A stretch of DNA of 64,000 nt from NCBI RefSeq assembly GCF_003334305.1, contig NZ_QOWS01000001.1, one strand, 5' to 3'. Position numbers and translations under genes: made by a program. Below are positions 23,491 through 37,670 of the stretch, in pieces. How positions within the stretch are numbered: the stretch's first letter is position 1; the number at the start of each line of letters is the position of its first letter. The notes below the pieces were generated by a model. The model was not told the DNA's origin. It did no database searches and was given only the letters and a program-made list of their open reading frames with translations. The stretch is from Escherichia coli. Its GTDB lineage: Bacteria > Pseudomonadota > Gammaproteobacteria > Enterobacterales > Enterobacteriaceae.

Positions 23491-24648
23491 ATGGAGCGCA
23501 ACGTCACGCTCGATTTTGTTCGCGGCGTCGCCATTCTGGGGATCCTGCTATTAAACATCAGCGCCTTTGGGCTACCAAAGGCGGCTTATCTCAATCCCGC
23601 CTGGTACGGTGCTATTACGCCGCAGGATGCATGGACCTGGGCATTTCTTGATCTCATCGGCCAGGTGAAATTCCTCACGCTTTTTGCGCTGCTGTTTGGT
23701 GCTGGACTGCAAATGTTGCTGCCCCGTGGCAGACGCTGGATCCAGTCGCGGTTAACGCTGTTAGTCTTATTGGGCTTTATTCACGGTTTATTGTTCTGGG
23801 ACGGCGATATTCTGCTGGCTTACGGGCTGGTGGGCTTAATCTGCTGGCGGCTGGTGCGCGATGCGCCATCGGTAAAAAGCCTGTTTAATACCGGCGTCAT
23901 GCTTTATCTGGTGGGGCTTGGCGTTTTGCTGTTATTGGGGCTGATTTCCGACAGCCAGACCAGCCGCGCCTGGACGCCGGATGCATCGGCTATTTTGTAT
24001 GAAAAATACTGGAAGCTTCACGGCGGCGTTGATGCGATCAGTAATCGTGCCGATGGTGTTGGCAACAGTTTACTGGCACTGGGCGCACAGTATGGCTGGC
24101 AACTGGCTGGGATGATGCTCATTGGTGCGGCGCTGATGCGCAGCGGCTGGCTGAAAGGGCAGTTCAGCTTACGTCACTATCGTCGTACTGGTTTTGTGCT
24201 GGTGGCGATTGGGGTGACCATTAACCTTCCTGCCATCGCCCTGCAATGGCAGCTGGACTGGGCGTATCGCTGGTGTGCCTTCTTACTTCAAATGCCGCGG
24301 GAACTGAGTGCGCCGTTTCAGGCGATTGGCTATGCGTCGCTGTTTTATGGCTTCTGGCCGCAATTAAGCCGCTTTAAGCTGGTGCTGGCAATCGCCTGCG
24401 TCGGACGGATGGCGCTGACCAACTATCTATTGCAAACGCTGATTTGTACCACGCTTTTTTACCACCTCGGTTTGTTTATGCATTTTGATCGCCTGGAGCT
24501 GCTGGCGTTTGTTATTCCGGTATGGCTGGCGAATATCCTCTTCTCTGTTATCTGGCTGCGTTACTTCCGCCAGGGGCCGGTGGAATGGCTCTGGCGTCAG
24601 TTAACTTTGCGTGCTGCCGGAACGGCAATATCTAAAACATCAAGATAA
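23491..24648 (+). CDS. yeiB: Inner membrane protein YeiB (DUF418), 385 aa
   Basis: 385-aa polytopic membrane ORF immediately downstream of folE. Confidence 0.9.
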   Translation: MERNVTLDFVRGVAILGILLLNISAFGLPKAAYLNPAWYGAITPQDAWTWAFLDLIGQVKFLTLFALLFGAGLQMLLPRGRRWIQSRLTLLVLLGFIHGLLFWDGDILLAYGLVGLICWRLVRDAPSVKSLFNTGVMLYLVGLGVLLLLGLISDSQTSRAWTPDASAILYEKYWKLHGGVDAISNRADGVGNSLLALGAQYGWQLAGMMLIGAALMRSGWLKGQFSLRHYRRTGFVLVAIGVTINLPAIALQWQLDWAYRWCAFLLQMPRELSAPFQAIGYASLFYGFWPQLSRFKLVLAIACVGRMALTNYLLQTLICTTLFYHLGLFMHFDRLELLAFVIPVWLANILFSVIWLRYFRQGPVEWLWRQLTLRAAGTAISKTSR

Positions 24649-24789
24649 CGATCTGGATCACATTCGTTAACAAAACGGCTGTAACCGTTTCCATTGCTGT
24701 GACTCGATTCACGAAGTCCTGTATTCAGTGCTGACAAAATAGCCGCCAGCAAGCAGTCATTTACTGCAATCTCATAACAGGTAGTGAAT

Positions 24790-25830
24790 ATGATCACCAT
24801 TCGTGATGTAGCGCGTCAGGCTGGCGTCTCTGTGGCAACGGTTTCCCGGGTGCTCAATAACAGCACGCTGGTCAGTGCCGACACGCGTGAAGCAGTAATG
24901 AAAGCCGTGAGTGAGCTGGATTATCGGCCAAATGCCAATGCCCAGGCGCTGGCAACTCAGGTTAGCGATACCATTGGCGTGGTGGTGATGGACGTTTCTG
25001 ATGCTTTTTTCGGCGCGCTGGTAAAAGCGGTGGATCTGGTCGCCCAGCAGCATCAGAAATACGTGCTAATCGGCAATAGCTATCATGAAGCGGAAAAAGA
25101 GCGTCACGCCATTGAGGTGTTAATTCGCCAGCGTTGTAATGCGTTGATTGTTCACTCAAAAGCATTGAGTGACGATGAACTGGCGCAATTTATGGATAAC
25201 ATTCCCGGTATGGTGTTAATCAACCGCGTTGTGCCGGGGTACGCCCATCGTTGCGTTTGCCTGGATAATCTCAGCGGTGCCCGAATGGCGACGCGCATGT
25301 TGCTGAATAACGGTCATCAACGTATTGGTTATCTTTCTTCCAGCCACGGCATTGAAGATGACGCCATGCGTAAAGCAGGCTGGATGAGTGCGTTGAAAGA
25401 GCAGGATATTATTCCGCCGGAAAGCTGGATTGGCACTGGTACGCCGGACATGCCGGGCGGTGAGGCGGCGATGGTTGAACTGCTGGGGCGCAATCTACAA
25501 CTTACCGCTGTATTTGCTTATAACGACAATATGGCCGCTGGCGCACTGACAGCATTAAAAGATAATGGCATTGCGATTCCGTTACATCTCTCAATCATCG
25601 GTTTCGATGATATTCCCATCGCCCGTTACACCGACCCGCAATTAACGACCGTGCGTTATCCCATTGCTTCAATGGCTAAATTAGCCACCGAACTGGCCTT
25701 GCAGGGGGCAGCAGGCAATATTGATCCTCGTGCTAGCCACTGTTTTATGCCGACGTTAGTGCGTCGCCATTCTGTCGCAACACGCCAGAATGCGGCGACG
25801 ATCACTAACTCAACAAATCAGGCGATGTAA
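24790..25830 (+). CDS. galS: LacI/GalR-family repressor GalS, 346 aa
   Basis: ORF 24784..25830; start set at the third codon ([23 protein letters not shown]); LacI-family HTH. Confidence 0.9.
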   Translation: MITIRDVARQAGVSVATVSRVLNNSTLVSADTREAVMKAVSELDYRPNANAQALATQVSDTIGVVVMDVSDAFFGALVKAVDLVAQQHQKYVLIGNSYHEAEKERHAIEVLIRQRCNALIVHSKALSDDELAQFMDNIPGMVLINRVVPGYAHRCVCLDNLSGARMATRMLLNNGHQRIGYLSSSHGIEDDAMRKAGWMSALKEQDIIPPESWIGTGTPDMPGGEAAMVELLGRNLQLTAVFAYNDNMAAGALTALKDNGIAIPLHLSIIGFDDIPIARYTDPQLTTVRYPIASMAKLATELALQGAAGNIDPRASHCFMPTLVRRHSVATRQNAATITNSTNQAM

Positions 25831-25842
25831 CCGCTTTCAATC

Positions 25843-25858
25843 TGTGAGTGATTTCACA
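25843..25858. promoter_or_regulatory. CRP-like site (TGTGA-N6-TCACA) in the galS-mglB intergenic region
   Basis: TGTGAgtgattTCACA perfect half-sites; a Gal-operator-like motif tgtaaccgctttca lies just upstream. Relation to the mglB promoter not resolved. Confidence 0.4.
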
Positions 25859-26109
25859 GTATCTTAACAATGTGATAGCTATGATTGCACCGTTTTAACG
25901 TTGTAACCCGTATGTAACAGTGAATAATCACTTTCACCGAGGTAATAGCGTCATAACAACAATTAAAGCCGTTTTCTGGAGCGTTACCGGGCATGGAAGA
26001 ACGAATTTTAAAAAGTGAGCTTCGGCGTTCAGTAACACTTCATTAACTCTACTGCCCCGCCGAGCATTTATCTCAAGCACTACCCTGCATAAGAAAAACC
26101 GGAGATACC

Positions 26110-27108
26110 ATGAATAAGAAGGTGTTAACCCTGTCTGCTGTGATGGCCAGCATGTTATTCGGTGCCGCTGCACACGCTGCTGATACTCGCATTGGTGTAA
26201 CAATCTATAAGTACGACGATAACTTTATGTCTGTAGTGCGCAAGGCTATTGAGCAAGATGCGAAAGCCGCGCCAGATGTTCAGCTGCTGATGAATGATTC
26301 TCAGAATGACCAGTCCAAGCAGAACGATCAGATCGACGTATTGCTGGCGAAAGGGGTGAAGGCACTGGCAATCAACCTGGTTGACCCGGCAGCTGCGGGT
26401 ACGGTGATTGAGAAAGCGCGTGGGCAAAACGTGCCGGTGGTTTTCTTCAACAAAGAACCGTCTCGTAAGGCGCTGGATAGCTACGACAAAGCATACTACG
26501 TTGGCACTGACTCCAAAGAGTCCGGCATTATTCAAGGCGATTTGATTGCTAAACACTGGGCGGCGAATCAGGGTTGGGATCTGAACAAAGACGGTCAGAT
26601 TCAATTCGTATTGCTGAAAGGTGAACCGGGCCATCCGGATGCAGAAGCACGTACCACTTACGTGATTAAAGAGCTGAACGACAAAGGCATTAAAACTGAA
26701 CAGTTACAGTTAGATACCGCTATGTGGGATACCGCTCAGGCGAAAGATAAGATGGACGCCTGGCTGTCTGGCCCGAACGCCAACAAAATCGAAGTGGTTA
26801 TCGCCAACAACGATGCGATGGCAATGGGCGCGGTAGAAGCACTGAAAGCACACAACAAGTCCAGCATTCCGGTGTTTGGCGTCGATGCGCTGCCAGAAGC
26901 GCTGGCGCTGGTGAAATCCGGTGCACTGGCGGGCACCGTACTGAACGATGCTAACAACCAGGCGAAAGCGACCTTTGATCTGGCGAAAAACCTGGCCGAT
27001 GGCAAAGGTGCGGCTGATGGCACCAACTGGAAAATCGACAACAAAGTGGTCCGCGTTCCTTATGTTGGCGTAGATAAAGACAACCTGGCTGAATTCAGCA
27101 AGAAATAA
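26110..27108 (+). CDS. mglB: D-galactose/D-glucose-binding periplasmic protein MglB, 332 aa
   Basis: Signal peptide and periplasmic binding protein fold; precedes the mglA ATPase. Confidence 0.93.
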   Translation: MNKKVLTLSAVMASMLFGAAAHAADTRIGVTIYKYDDNFMSVVRKAIEQDAKAAPDVQLLMNDSQNDQSKQNDQIDVLLAKGVKALAINLVDPAAAGTVIEKARGQNVPVVFFNKEPSRKALDSYDKAYYVGTDSKESGIIQGDLIAKHWAANQGWDLNKDGQIQFVLLKGEPGHPDAEARTTYVIKELNDKGIKTEQLQLDTAMWDTAQAKDKMDAWLSGPNANKIEVVIANNDAMAMGAVEALKAHNKSSIPVFGVDALPEALALVKSGALAGTVLNDANNQAKATFDLAKNLADGKGAADGTNWKIDNKVVRVPYVGVDKDNLAEFSKK

Positions 27109-27117
27109 GACTGACTG

Positions 27118-27146
27118 GGCGCAGTCTATTACTGCGCCCTTATTGT
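27118..27146 (+). terminator. Stem-loop in the mglB-mglA intercistronic region (partial terminator or mRNA stabiliser)
   Basis: GGGCGCAGT-ctatt-ACTGCGCCC followed by TTATTG. Confidence 0.45.
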
Positions 27147-27168
27147 ATGGCCAACAAGGTAAAATTAT

Positions 27169-28689
27169 ATGGTCAGCTCAACGACTCCGTCTTCCGGGGA
27201 ATACTTGTTGGAAATGAGCGGTATCAACAAGTCCTTTCCTGGTGTTAAGGCACTTGATAACGTTAATTTAAAAGTCCGGCCACATTCTATCCATGCATTA
27301 ATGGGGGAAAACGGTGCAGGAAAATCAACATTATTAAAATGCCTGTTTGGTATTTATCAAAAAGACTCCGGCACCATTTTATTCCAGGGTAAAGAGATCG
27401 ATTTCCATTCTGCCAAAGAAGCACTGGAAAATGGTATTTCGATGGTACACCAGGAGTTAAACCTGGTATTACAACGTTCGGTGATGGATAACATGTGGCT
27501 GGGGCGATATCCCACCAAAGGCATGTTTGTCGATCAGGACAAAATGTACCGCGAAACCAAAGCGATTTTTGACGAACTGGATATTGATATCGATCCGCGT
27601 GCGCGCGTCGGCACATTATCCGTTTCGCAAATGCAGATGATCGAAATCGCCAAAGCGTTTTCCTATAACGCGAAAATTGTGATTATGGATGAACCGACTT
27701 CTTCGTTAACCGAAAAAGAGGTCAATCATCTGTTCACTATTATTCGTAAATTAAAAGAGCGCGGCTGCGGTATTGTTTATATCTCGCATAAAATGGAAGA
27801 AATCTTCCAGTTATGTGATGAAGTTACCGTATTGCGCGACGGTCAGTGGATCGCCACCGAACCGCTGGCAGGACTGACGATGGACAAGATCATCGCCATG
27901 ATGGTTGGGCGTTCTCTTAATCAGCGTTTTCCTGACAAAGAAAACAAGCCGGGCGAAGTCATCCTCGAGGTGCGTAACCTAACGTCACTGCGCCAGCCGT
28001 CGATTCGCGATGTCTCGTTTGATCTGCATAAAGGGGAGATCCTCGGTATTGCCGGGCTGGTGGGGGCGAAACGTACCGATATTGTTGAGACGTTATTTGG
28101 TATTCGCGAGAAATCGGCTGGCACCATTACGTTGCACGGCAAACAGATCAATAACCATAATGCCAACGAAGCCATAAACCACGGATTTGCACTGGTAACT
28201 GAGGAGCGCCGCTCAACGGGAATTTATGCCTATCTGGATATTAGTTTTAACTCGTTAATTTCCAATATTCGCAACTACAAAAATAAAGTTGGTTTACTGG
28301 ATAACTCGCGGATGAAAAGCGATACCCAGTGGGTGATTGATTCGATGCGGGTAAAAACGCCGGGTCATCGGACGCAAATTGGTTCGCTCTCCGGTGGTAA
28401 TCAGCAAAAGGTGATTATTGGTCGCTGGCTACTAACGCAACCAGAAATATTAATGCTCGATGAACCGACGCGCGGTATTGATGTCGGGGCGAAGTTTGAA
28501 ATTTATCAGTTAATTGCCGAACTGGCGAAGAAAGGCAAGGGGATTATTATTATCTCCTCTGAAATGCCTGAGTTGTTAGGGATAACAGACCGTATTCTGG
28601 TCATGAGCAATGGTCTCGTTTCCGGAATTGTCGATACAAAAACAACAACGCAAAAAGAAATTCTGCGTCTTGCGTCTTTGCACCTTTAA
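27169..28689 (+). CDS. mglA: Galactose/methyl galactoside ABC transporter ATP-binding protein MglA, 506 aa
   Basis: Duplicated ABC ATPase with two Walker A motifs. Confidence 0.93.
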   Translation: MVSSTTPSSGEYLLEMSGINKSFPGVKALDNVNLKVRPHSIHALMGENGAGKSTLLKCLFGIYQKDSGTILFQGKEIDFHSAKEALENGISMVHQELNLVLQRSVMDNMWLGRYPTKGMFVDQDKMYRETKAIFDELDIDIDPRARVGTLSVSQMQMIEIAKAFSYNAKIVIMDEPTSSLTEKEVNHLFTIIRKLKERGCGIVYISHKMEEIFQLCDEVTVLRDGQWIATEPLAGLTMDKIIAMMVGRSLNQRFPDKENKPGEVILEVRNLTSLRQPSIRDVSFDLHKGEILGIAGLVGAKRTDIVETLFGIREKSAGTITLHGKQINNHNANEAINHGFALVTEERRSTGIYAYLDISFNSLISNIRNYKNKVGLLDNSRMKSDTQWVIDSMRVKTPGHRTQIGSLSGGNQQKVIIGRWLLTQPEILMLDEPTRGIDVGAKFEIYQLIAELAKKGKGIIIISSEMPELLGITDRILVMSNGLVSGIVDTKTTTQKEILRLASLHL

Positions 28690-28704
28690 GATTAGGGGCT
28701 TCCC

Positions 28705-29715
28705 ATGAGTGCGTTAAATAAGAAAAGTTTTCTTACTTACCTGAAAGAGGGCGGTATTTACGTCGTTCTTTTAGTTTTGCTGGCGATTATTATTTTCCAG
28801 GACCCAACATTTTTAAGTCTGTTGAACTTAAGTAATATTCTCACCCAGTCATCGGTGCGTATTATTATCGCGCTCGGTGTGGCAGGGTTAATTGTCACCC
28901 AGGGGACCGATCTTTCTGCTGGTCGTCAGGTAGGGCTGGCGGCAGTGGTGGCTGCGACATTATTGCAGTCCATGGATAACGCCAACAAAGTGTTCCCGGA
29001 AATGGCGACGATGCCGATTGCGCTGGTTATTCTGATTGTCTGTGCCATTGGTGCGGTGATCGGTTTGATCAACGGTCTGATTATCGCTTATCTCAACGTG
29101 ACGCCGTTCATTACCACGCTCGGCACGATGATCATCGTCTATGGAATCAACTCGCTCTATTACGACTTTGTCGGGGCGTCGCCAATTTCTGGTTTTGACA
29201 GTGGCTTTTCTACCTTTGCTCAGGGCTTTGTCGCGCTGGGGAGTTTCCGTCTCTCTTACATCACCTTCTACGCGTTGATTGCGGTGGCGTTCGTCTGGGT
29301 GTTGTGGAACAAAACCCGCTTCGGTAAGAACATTTTTGCCATTGGCGGTAACCCGGAAGCGGCAAAAGTATCTGGTGTCAACGTCGGCCTGAACCTGCTG
29401 ATGATCTACGCGTTGTCTGGCGTGTTCTATGCCTTTGGCGGGATGTTAGAAGCCGGACGTATCGGCTCTGCCACCAACAACCTCGGCTTTATGTATGAGC
29501 TGGATGCTATCGCGGCGTGCGTGGTAGGCGGTGTATCGTTCAGCGGCGGTGTGGGGACGGTGATTGGCGTGGTGACCGGGGTAATTATTTTTACCGTCAT
29601 CAACTATGGCCTGACGTATATCGGCGTAAACCCATACTGGCAGTACATCATCAAAGGGGCGATTATTATCTTCGCCGTAGCGCTGGATTCACTGAAATAC
29701 GCGCGTAAGAAGTGA
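28705..29715 (+). CDS. mglC: Galactose/methyl galactoside ABC transporter permease MglC, 336 aa
   Basis: Polytopic permease ORF directly downstream of mglA. Confidence 0.93.
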   Translation: MSALNKKSFLTYLKEGGIYVVLLVLLAIIIFQDPTFLSLLNLSNILTQSSVRIIIALGVAGLIVTQGTDLSAGRQVGLAAVVAATLLQSMDNANKVFPEMATMPIALVILIVCAIGAVIGLINGLIIAYLNVTPFITTLGTMIIVYGINSLYYDFVGASPISGFDSGFSTFAQGFVALGSFRLSYITFYALIAVAFVWVLWNKTRFGKNIFAIGGNPEAAKVSGVNVGLNLLMIYALSGVFYAFGGMLEAGRIGSATNNLGFMYELDAIAACVVGGVSFSGGVGTVIGVVTGVIIFTVINYGLTYIGVNPYWQYIIKGAIIIFAVALDSLKYARKK

Positions 29716-29730
29716 TGTGATTGTGGATAT

Positions 29731-29780
29731 TGCCGGATGCGCTGCATCCGGCAATCGGTGCCAAATGCCGGATGCGTCTC
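29731..29780. repeat. REP-like palindromic elements between convergent mglC and preA
   Basis: TGCCGGATGCGCTGCATCCGGCA and a second GCCGGATGCG unit. Confidence 0.5.
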
Positions 29781-29785
29781 TGGTT

Positions 29786-31021
29786 TTACAACGTTACCGG
29801 GTGTTCTTTCTCGCCTTTCTTAAACTTCACTTCCCCGAGCTCAATACAACCCACCGGGCAGACGTGACCACAAAGCAGACAACCCACACATTTCTCGGTA
29901 TTACAATGCGGTGTGCGGGTTTTCTCGCTCCATTCCATCGCCTGGTGACCGCCGTCGTAACAGGAAATATAACAGCGTCCACAGCCAACACATTTATCAA
30001 GATTGATACGGGGATAGACAATATAACTGCGGTCTAAATCTTCCGCCGGGACAATATTGTTATTCGCCAGACCTACCATCTCCTGCAGCGAATCAAATCC
30101 CTGATCGGCGAGATAATGCGACAACCCGCTTGCCATATCTTCCACTATCCGATACCCGTACTGCATGATGCCGGTGGTCACCTGTAACGTTGCTGCGCCG
30201 AGCAATAAAAACTCAGCCGCATCCTCCCAGGTTTCAATGCCGCCGATACCGCTGATTGGGAAATCGCGCAGTTCTGGATGGGTGCGCATCTGCTGAATGA
30301 AGCGCAGGGCGATCGGTTTTACCGCTTTACCGGAATATCCGGAAATACTCGATTTTCCGTTAACGATCGGCATACCGATTTTCTGATTAAGATCGATATT
30401 GGTGATGGATTTAACGGTGTTAATCGCCGCAATGCCATCTGCGCCGCCGCGCTTCGCCGCCAGCGCCACTTCGCACATATCACCGATATTCGGCGTCATC
30501 TTCGCCAGCATTGGCAGCGTGGAACCCCGTTTCACTGCCCGACAATATTTTTCTACCAGCTCCGGGCTTTGCCCGACATCGCTACCCATCGCATGAGAAG
30601 TCATTTGCGGACAGGAGAAGTTACACTCGATCATATCCGCGCCAGCTTCTTGCACCAGGCGCGCCAGCTCCTCCCATTGCTGCTCATTTTCCCCCATGAT
30701 CGAAGCGATCAATACTTTGTCCGGGTAATCTTCCTTCAGCTGACGCAGGGCGGCCAGATTCTCTTCCAACGGATGTTCAGCAATCTGCTCCATATTTTTG
30801 AAGCCGATAAAACCGGTATCTTCTTTCACCAGATGATCAAAACGCGGCGAGACTTCGTTGGCGATAAAAAAGCCGATCGTTTTAAACACCACGCCGCCCC
30901 AACCTGTGTCGTAGGCTTTGGCACACATCTCATAGCAGTTGCCTACAGGCGAAGAAGAGAGGCAGAACGGGTTGGGAAACTTCACGCCGCAAAAAGTAAT
31001 CGAAAGATCTTTCGTTAACAT
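29786..31021 (-). CDS. preA: NAD-dependent dihydropyrimidine dehydrogenase subunit PreA (YeiA), 411 aa
   Basis: ORF 29786..31027; start set at 31021 ([19 protein letters not shown]); DHODH-like TIM barrel plus C-terminal 4Fe-4S cysteine clusters. Confidence 0.9.
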   Translation of the reverse strand: MLTKDLSITFCGVKFPNPFCLSSSPVGNCYEMCAKAYDTGWGGVVFKTIGFFIANEVSPRFDHLVKEDTGFIGFKNMEQIAEHPLEENLAALRQLKEDYPDKVLIASIMGENEQQWEELARLVQEAGADMIECNFSCPQMTSHAMGSDVGQSPELVEKYCRAVKRGSTLPMLAKMTPNIGDMCEVALAAKRGGADGIAAINTVKSITNIDLNQKIGMPIVNGKSSISGYSGKAVKPIALRFIQQMRTHPELRDFPISGIGGIETWEDAAEFLLLGAATLQVTTGIMQYGYRIVEDMASGLSHYLADQGFDSLQEMVGLANNNIVPAEDLDRSYIVYPRINLDKCVGCGRCYISCYDGGHQAMEWSEKTRTPHCNTEKCVGCLLCGHVCPVGCIELGEVKFKKGEKEHPVTL

Positions 31022-32253
31022 GAGCAAGCTCCCTCTAAATAGTGATGAATCGCCTCGGCGGCTTCTTTCCCGGTTTTCACGGCATAGACCACGGTTTTGT
31101 CACCCTCAACAATATCGCCAGCAGCAAAGACTTGCGGATCGCGGGTCTGATAATTTTGTGTTTTGATGGTGTTACGCTGCGGCTCTAACTCCGCAAAGGC
31201 ATCCAGTCTGGCATGCTGACCGACGGCGAGAATAATTTTATCTGCCGCCATCGTCAGTTCGCCCGGTAACCGTACATGCTTAAACGTGACTTTATTGCCT
31301 TCCACGGCTACTGGCGTGAATCCATCGATGATCGAAACGCCCAGCTCCCGGGCGCTGGCAAACTCTTTTTCGCTTGCCGGAAACTCATCTAACTCTTCAC
31401 GCGCTATGCAGGTTACCGCCTGACAGCCGAGAACTTTCAGCGTGCTGGCTACGTCCATCGCGACATCACCGCCGCCGATAATTAATGCGCTTTGTGGAAT
31501 GCTGATATCGCCTTGCGCCTGTCGTGCACGTTGCAGGAAGTCGACGGCAATCTCAACGTCGCTATGCTCAAACAGCGATAACCCCGAACCGCTCGATAAC
31601 CCCACGGTGACCAGTACCGCGCGGTTTTCCGCTTTCAGTTGCTCCAGGGTGAGTGTTTTACCGACTTCGTTGTTGCACTTAATGGTCACGCCCATTTTTT
31701 CAATACGGGCGATTTCTGCATCCAGCACTGATTGCGGTAACCGAAATTGCGGAATACCGTTACGCAACCAGCCACCGGGGTGCGCTTCTTTCTCATAAAT
31801 CGTGACGTCATAACCCTGGTTTGTCAGTGTCACACTGGCCTGCAATCCGGCAGGACCTGCGCCAATAATCGCGACTTTGCCGAGCGTTTTAGTACCGGGC
31901 TGATAAATTTCCATCCCAGTTTGTTGTTCAAAATCAGTAACAAAACGCTGTAAGCGACCGATATCAATGGGAGCATCAACACCGGCACGGGTACAACCGC
32001 TTTGGCATAATTTCTCCGTCGGGCACACTCTGGCACAAACGGCACCGAGGGCATTATTTTCGCGAATTGTCTCGGCAGCGCCTTTAAAATTACGAAAGTA
32101 GATTGAGCGAATAAATTTCCCCGGATCGGTCTGTGCCGGGCAAGCCTGACTACAGGGAGCGTCGTGACATAATAAACAGCGAGAGGCTTCTTTAATCGCC
32201 AGTAAAGGCGTAAAAGCCGGAGTGAGTTCATCCAGATAATTTTGTTGCGGCAT
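31015..32253 (-). CDS. preT: NAD-dependent dihydropyrimidine dehydrogenase subunit PreT (YeiT), 412 aa
   Basis: GltD-like FAD/NAD-binding protein (GAGPAG motif); overlaps the preA start. Confidence 0.9.
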   Translation of the reverse strand: MPQQNYLDELTPAFTPLLAIKEASRCLLCHDAPCSQACPAQTDPGKFIRSIYFRNFKGAAETIRENNALGAVCARVCPTEKLCQSGCTRAGVDAPIDIGRLQRFVTDFEQQTGMEIYQPGTKTLGKVAIIGAGPAGLQASVTLTNQGYDVTIYEKEAHPGGWLRNGIPQFRLPQSVLDAEIARIEKMGVTIKCNNEVGKTLTLEQLKAENRAVLVTVGLSSGSGLSLFEHSDVEIAVDFLQRARQAQGDISIPQSALIIGGGDVAMDVASTLKVLGCQAVTCIAREELDEFPASEKEFASARELGVSIIDGFTPVAVEGNKVTFKHVRLPGELTMAADKIILAVGQHARLDAFAELEPQRNTIKTQNYQTRDPQVFAAGDIVEGDKTVVYAVKTGKEAAEAIHHYLEGACSC

Positions 32254-32296
32254 GTGATCTTCCTTAATGCTATGAGTAATTAAGGCGAACGCTAAA

Positions 32297-32423
32297 TATA
32301 CTCGTCATACTTCAAGTTGCATGTGCTGCGTCTGCGTTCGCTCACCCCAGTCACTTACTTATGTAAGCTCCTGGGGACTCACTCACTTGTCGCCTTCCTG
32401 CAACTCGAATTATTTAGAGTATA
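32297..32423. repeat. ERIC (IRU) element, about 127 bp
   Basis: Hallmark TATACTCGTCATACTTCAAGTTGCATGTGCTGCG ... GCTCACCCCAGTCACTTACTTATGTAAGCTCCTGGGGA ... TGCAACTCGAATTATTTAGAGTATA with terminal inverted repeats. Confidence 0.7.
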
Positions 32424-32571
32424 AATATTGCGTGCTGATATTAAGGCTATGCGCGTGGGGAAATTTAAACTGTGAAAGGATTCACAAATAGCTGCGGTTC
32501 AGAATGTTACATCCGCAGCTTATTGAGTGAAGTAATAATTATTCTCAATAATTAACATAAAAGAGAAAATA

Positions 32572-34567
<1,996 letters not shown>

Positions 34568-34696
34568 GGCGTTGCCTCATAATCATGTAATGGGATAACA
34601 GTTTACGAACCCGTTATGGCTTTATATGTGATCTGAATCTCATTAATTATGCAACGCGTGAAACTTACATCAAAAATGCGCGACGCATCGCAAATT

Positions 34697-35823
<1,127 letters not shown>

Positions 35824-36025
35824 TTAATTCGTAAAACGTGCTACCGATCACATTAAGAAATCAGCGCTTATTTTTTCGCTCCCCGGCATTACGCAATGCG
35901 CAACGAACTCAGGCATACATCAAGCATAGAGAGGGATTACAGTTTGCAGCAATCCCTCTTTGCAGACCTTTAATCCGTTGACCATAGGCGCTAACATGGC
36001 GCCTCATTTTTTTGCGGGTGAAGAT

Positions 36026-36976
36026 ATGCGTGTGTTACTGGCTCCGATGGAGGGTGTGCTTGACTCTCTGGTGCGTGAATTGCTGACCGAAGTTAACGAC
36101 TACGATCTGTGCATCACCGAGTTTGTCCGCGTGGTGGATCAACTGCTGCCGGTAAAAGTCTTTCATCGCATTTGCCCTGAGCTACAAAACGCCAGCCGGA
36201 CACCATCTGGTACGCTGGTGCGCGTGCAGTTGTTAGGTCAGTTCCCACAATGGCTGGCAGAGAACGCCGCCCGTGCGGTGGAGTTAGGTTCCTGGGGCGT
36301 GGATCTCAATTGCGGCTGCCCGTCGAAAACGGTTAACGGTAGCGGCGGCGGCGCGACGTTACTCAAAGATCCTGAACTCATCTACCAGGGTGCAAAAGCG
36401 ATGCGTGAAGCTGTACCAGCGCATTTGCCCGTCAGCGTAAAAGTGCGTCTGGGCTGGGACAGCGGTGAGAAGAAATTTGAAATCGCCGATGCGGTTCAAC
36501 AGGCTGGCGCTACGGAGCTGGTGGTGCATGGACGGACAAAAGAGCAGGGTTACCGCGCGGAGCATATTGACTGGCAGGCGATTGGCGAGATTCGCCAGCG
36601 GCTGAATATTCCGGTGATTGCCAACGGCGAAATCTGGGACTGGCAGAGCGCGCAACAATGCATTGCGATCAGCGGCTGCGACGCAGTGATGATTGGTCGC
36701 GGGGCGCTCAATATTCCCAACCTGAGCCGGGTAGTAAAATATAACGAACCGCGAATGCCGTGGCCGGAGGTGGTTGCTTTGCTGCAAAAATATACCCGTC
36801 TGGAAAAGCAGGGCGATACCGGGTTATATCACGTTGCGCGGATTAAACAGTGGTTGAGTTATTTGCGTAAAAAATACGATGAAGCAACGGAATTATTTCA
36901 GCATGTTCGGGTGTTGAATAATTCCCCTGATATTGCAAGGGCTATTCAGGCAATTGATATCGATAAGCTGCGATAA
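36026..36976 (+). CDS. dusC: tRNA-dihydrouridine(16) synthase DusC, about 316 aa
   Basis: ORF 35960..36976; start set at ATG 36026 ([13 protein letters not shown]); Dus-family TIM barrel. Confidence 0.9.
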   Translation: MRVLLAPMEGVLDSLVRELLTEVNDYDLCITEFVRVVDQLLPVKVFHRICPELQNASRTPSGTLVRVQLLGQFPQWLAENAARAVELGSWGVDLNCGCPSKTVNGSGGGATLLKDPELIYQGAKAMREAVPAHLPVSVKVRLGWDSGEKKFEIADAVQQAGATELVVHGRTKEQGYRAEHIDWQAIGEIRQRLNIPVIANGEIWDWQSAQQCIAISGCDAVMIGRGALNIPNLSRVVKYNEPRMPWPEVVALLQKYTRLEKQGDTGLYHVARIKQWLSYLRKKYDEATELFQHVRVLNNSPDIARAIQAIDIDKLR

Positions 36977-37059
36977 TAGTGGAATCGCAGTTTATCAGAG
37001 ACAATGAATCGCTTATTCAGCTTCATCATCTTGTTGCGCTCCTTTCATGAGCTAAGCCA

Positions 37060-37290
37060 CATATTGCCACTGGCGCAAGGAGCGCGCAGGGGGAGGACAA
37101 TCGCCTCCTCCCCCTGCACCCCCGGGCTCTGGCGAACAAAATCGCCGCTGCGCGGTACCTTCAGCTTATCCCCTTCGTCTACCGGGTCGGGCGCGAGGTA
37201 ACGTCCTTGTAAGACGCGCCCTCAGCCCACATCCATGTGGGCTGCCCCGGCCTTCGGGGAACGCTTCAGCGATTTTGACGCCACCAACAC
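37060..37290. repeat. GC-rich cluster of perfect hairpins in the dusC-yohP intergenic region (unclassified element)
   Basis: AGGGGGAGG-acaatcg-CCTCCCCCT, CAGCCCACA-tcca-TGTGGGCTG and CCCCGG-cctt-CGGGG stems; GC content well above the flanking AT-rich DNA. Confidence 0.35.
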
Positions 37291-37363
37291 CGGAGCTGTT
37301 TGCAAATCAAGTACACAAAATATCTAGTTCCTGACCTGACAACTTATATGCCATATCTGATTT

Positions 37364-37447
37364 TTAAAATATCATCTTAAATACGCCAGTCACCACCAGT
37401 AGCCCAATCAGGAAAATAATCAATACAGCCCAGAGTATAATTTTCAT
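37364..37447 (-). CDS. yohP: Small membrane protein YohP, 27 aa
   Basis: Minus-strand ORF, hand-translated as MKIILWAVLIIFLIGLLVVTGVFKMIF; absent from the ORF track because of its size. Confidence 0.7.
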   Translation of the reverse strand: MKIILWAVLIIFLIGLLVVTGVFKMIF

Positions 37448-37670
37448 TGGCGTTCCTTTATTTGTGAGTGCTGAATAAGTATAGGAAAAAACGAAGCCCT
37501 TTGCCGTTATCCATAAACGATTAAGATAAATCGGAAGATATCATTTACTTAGTCTATATTTTTCTGGATATGTCGTTTTATTGCTACTGATGTATTGCCA
37601 CGCGAAACTAAAAAATATATCGCAACACACGGTAATCTCCGCGCACCTTTTCTTACCTGATTATTCCCCC

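Noticed and set aside
37004-37201. 65-aa ORF crossing the GC-rich hairpin cluster
   Set aside because: Low-complexity translation driven by GC-rich palindromes, no Shine-Dalgarno; more likely a structural or repeat element than a gene.
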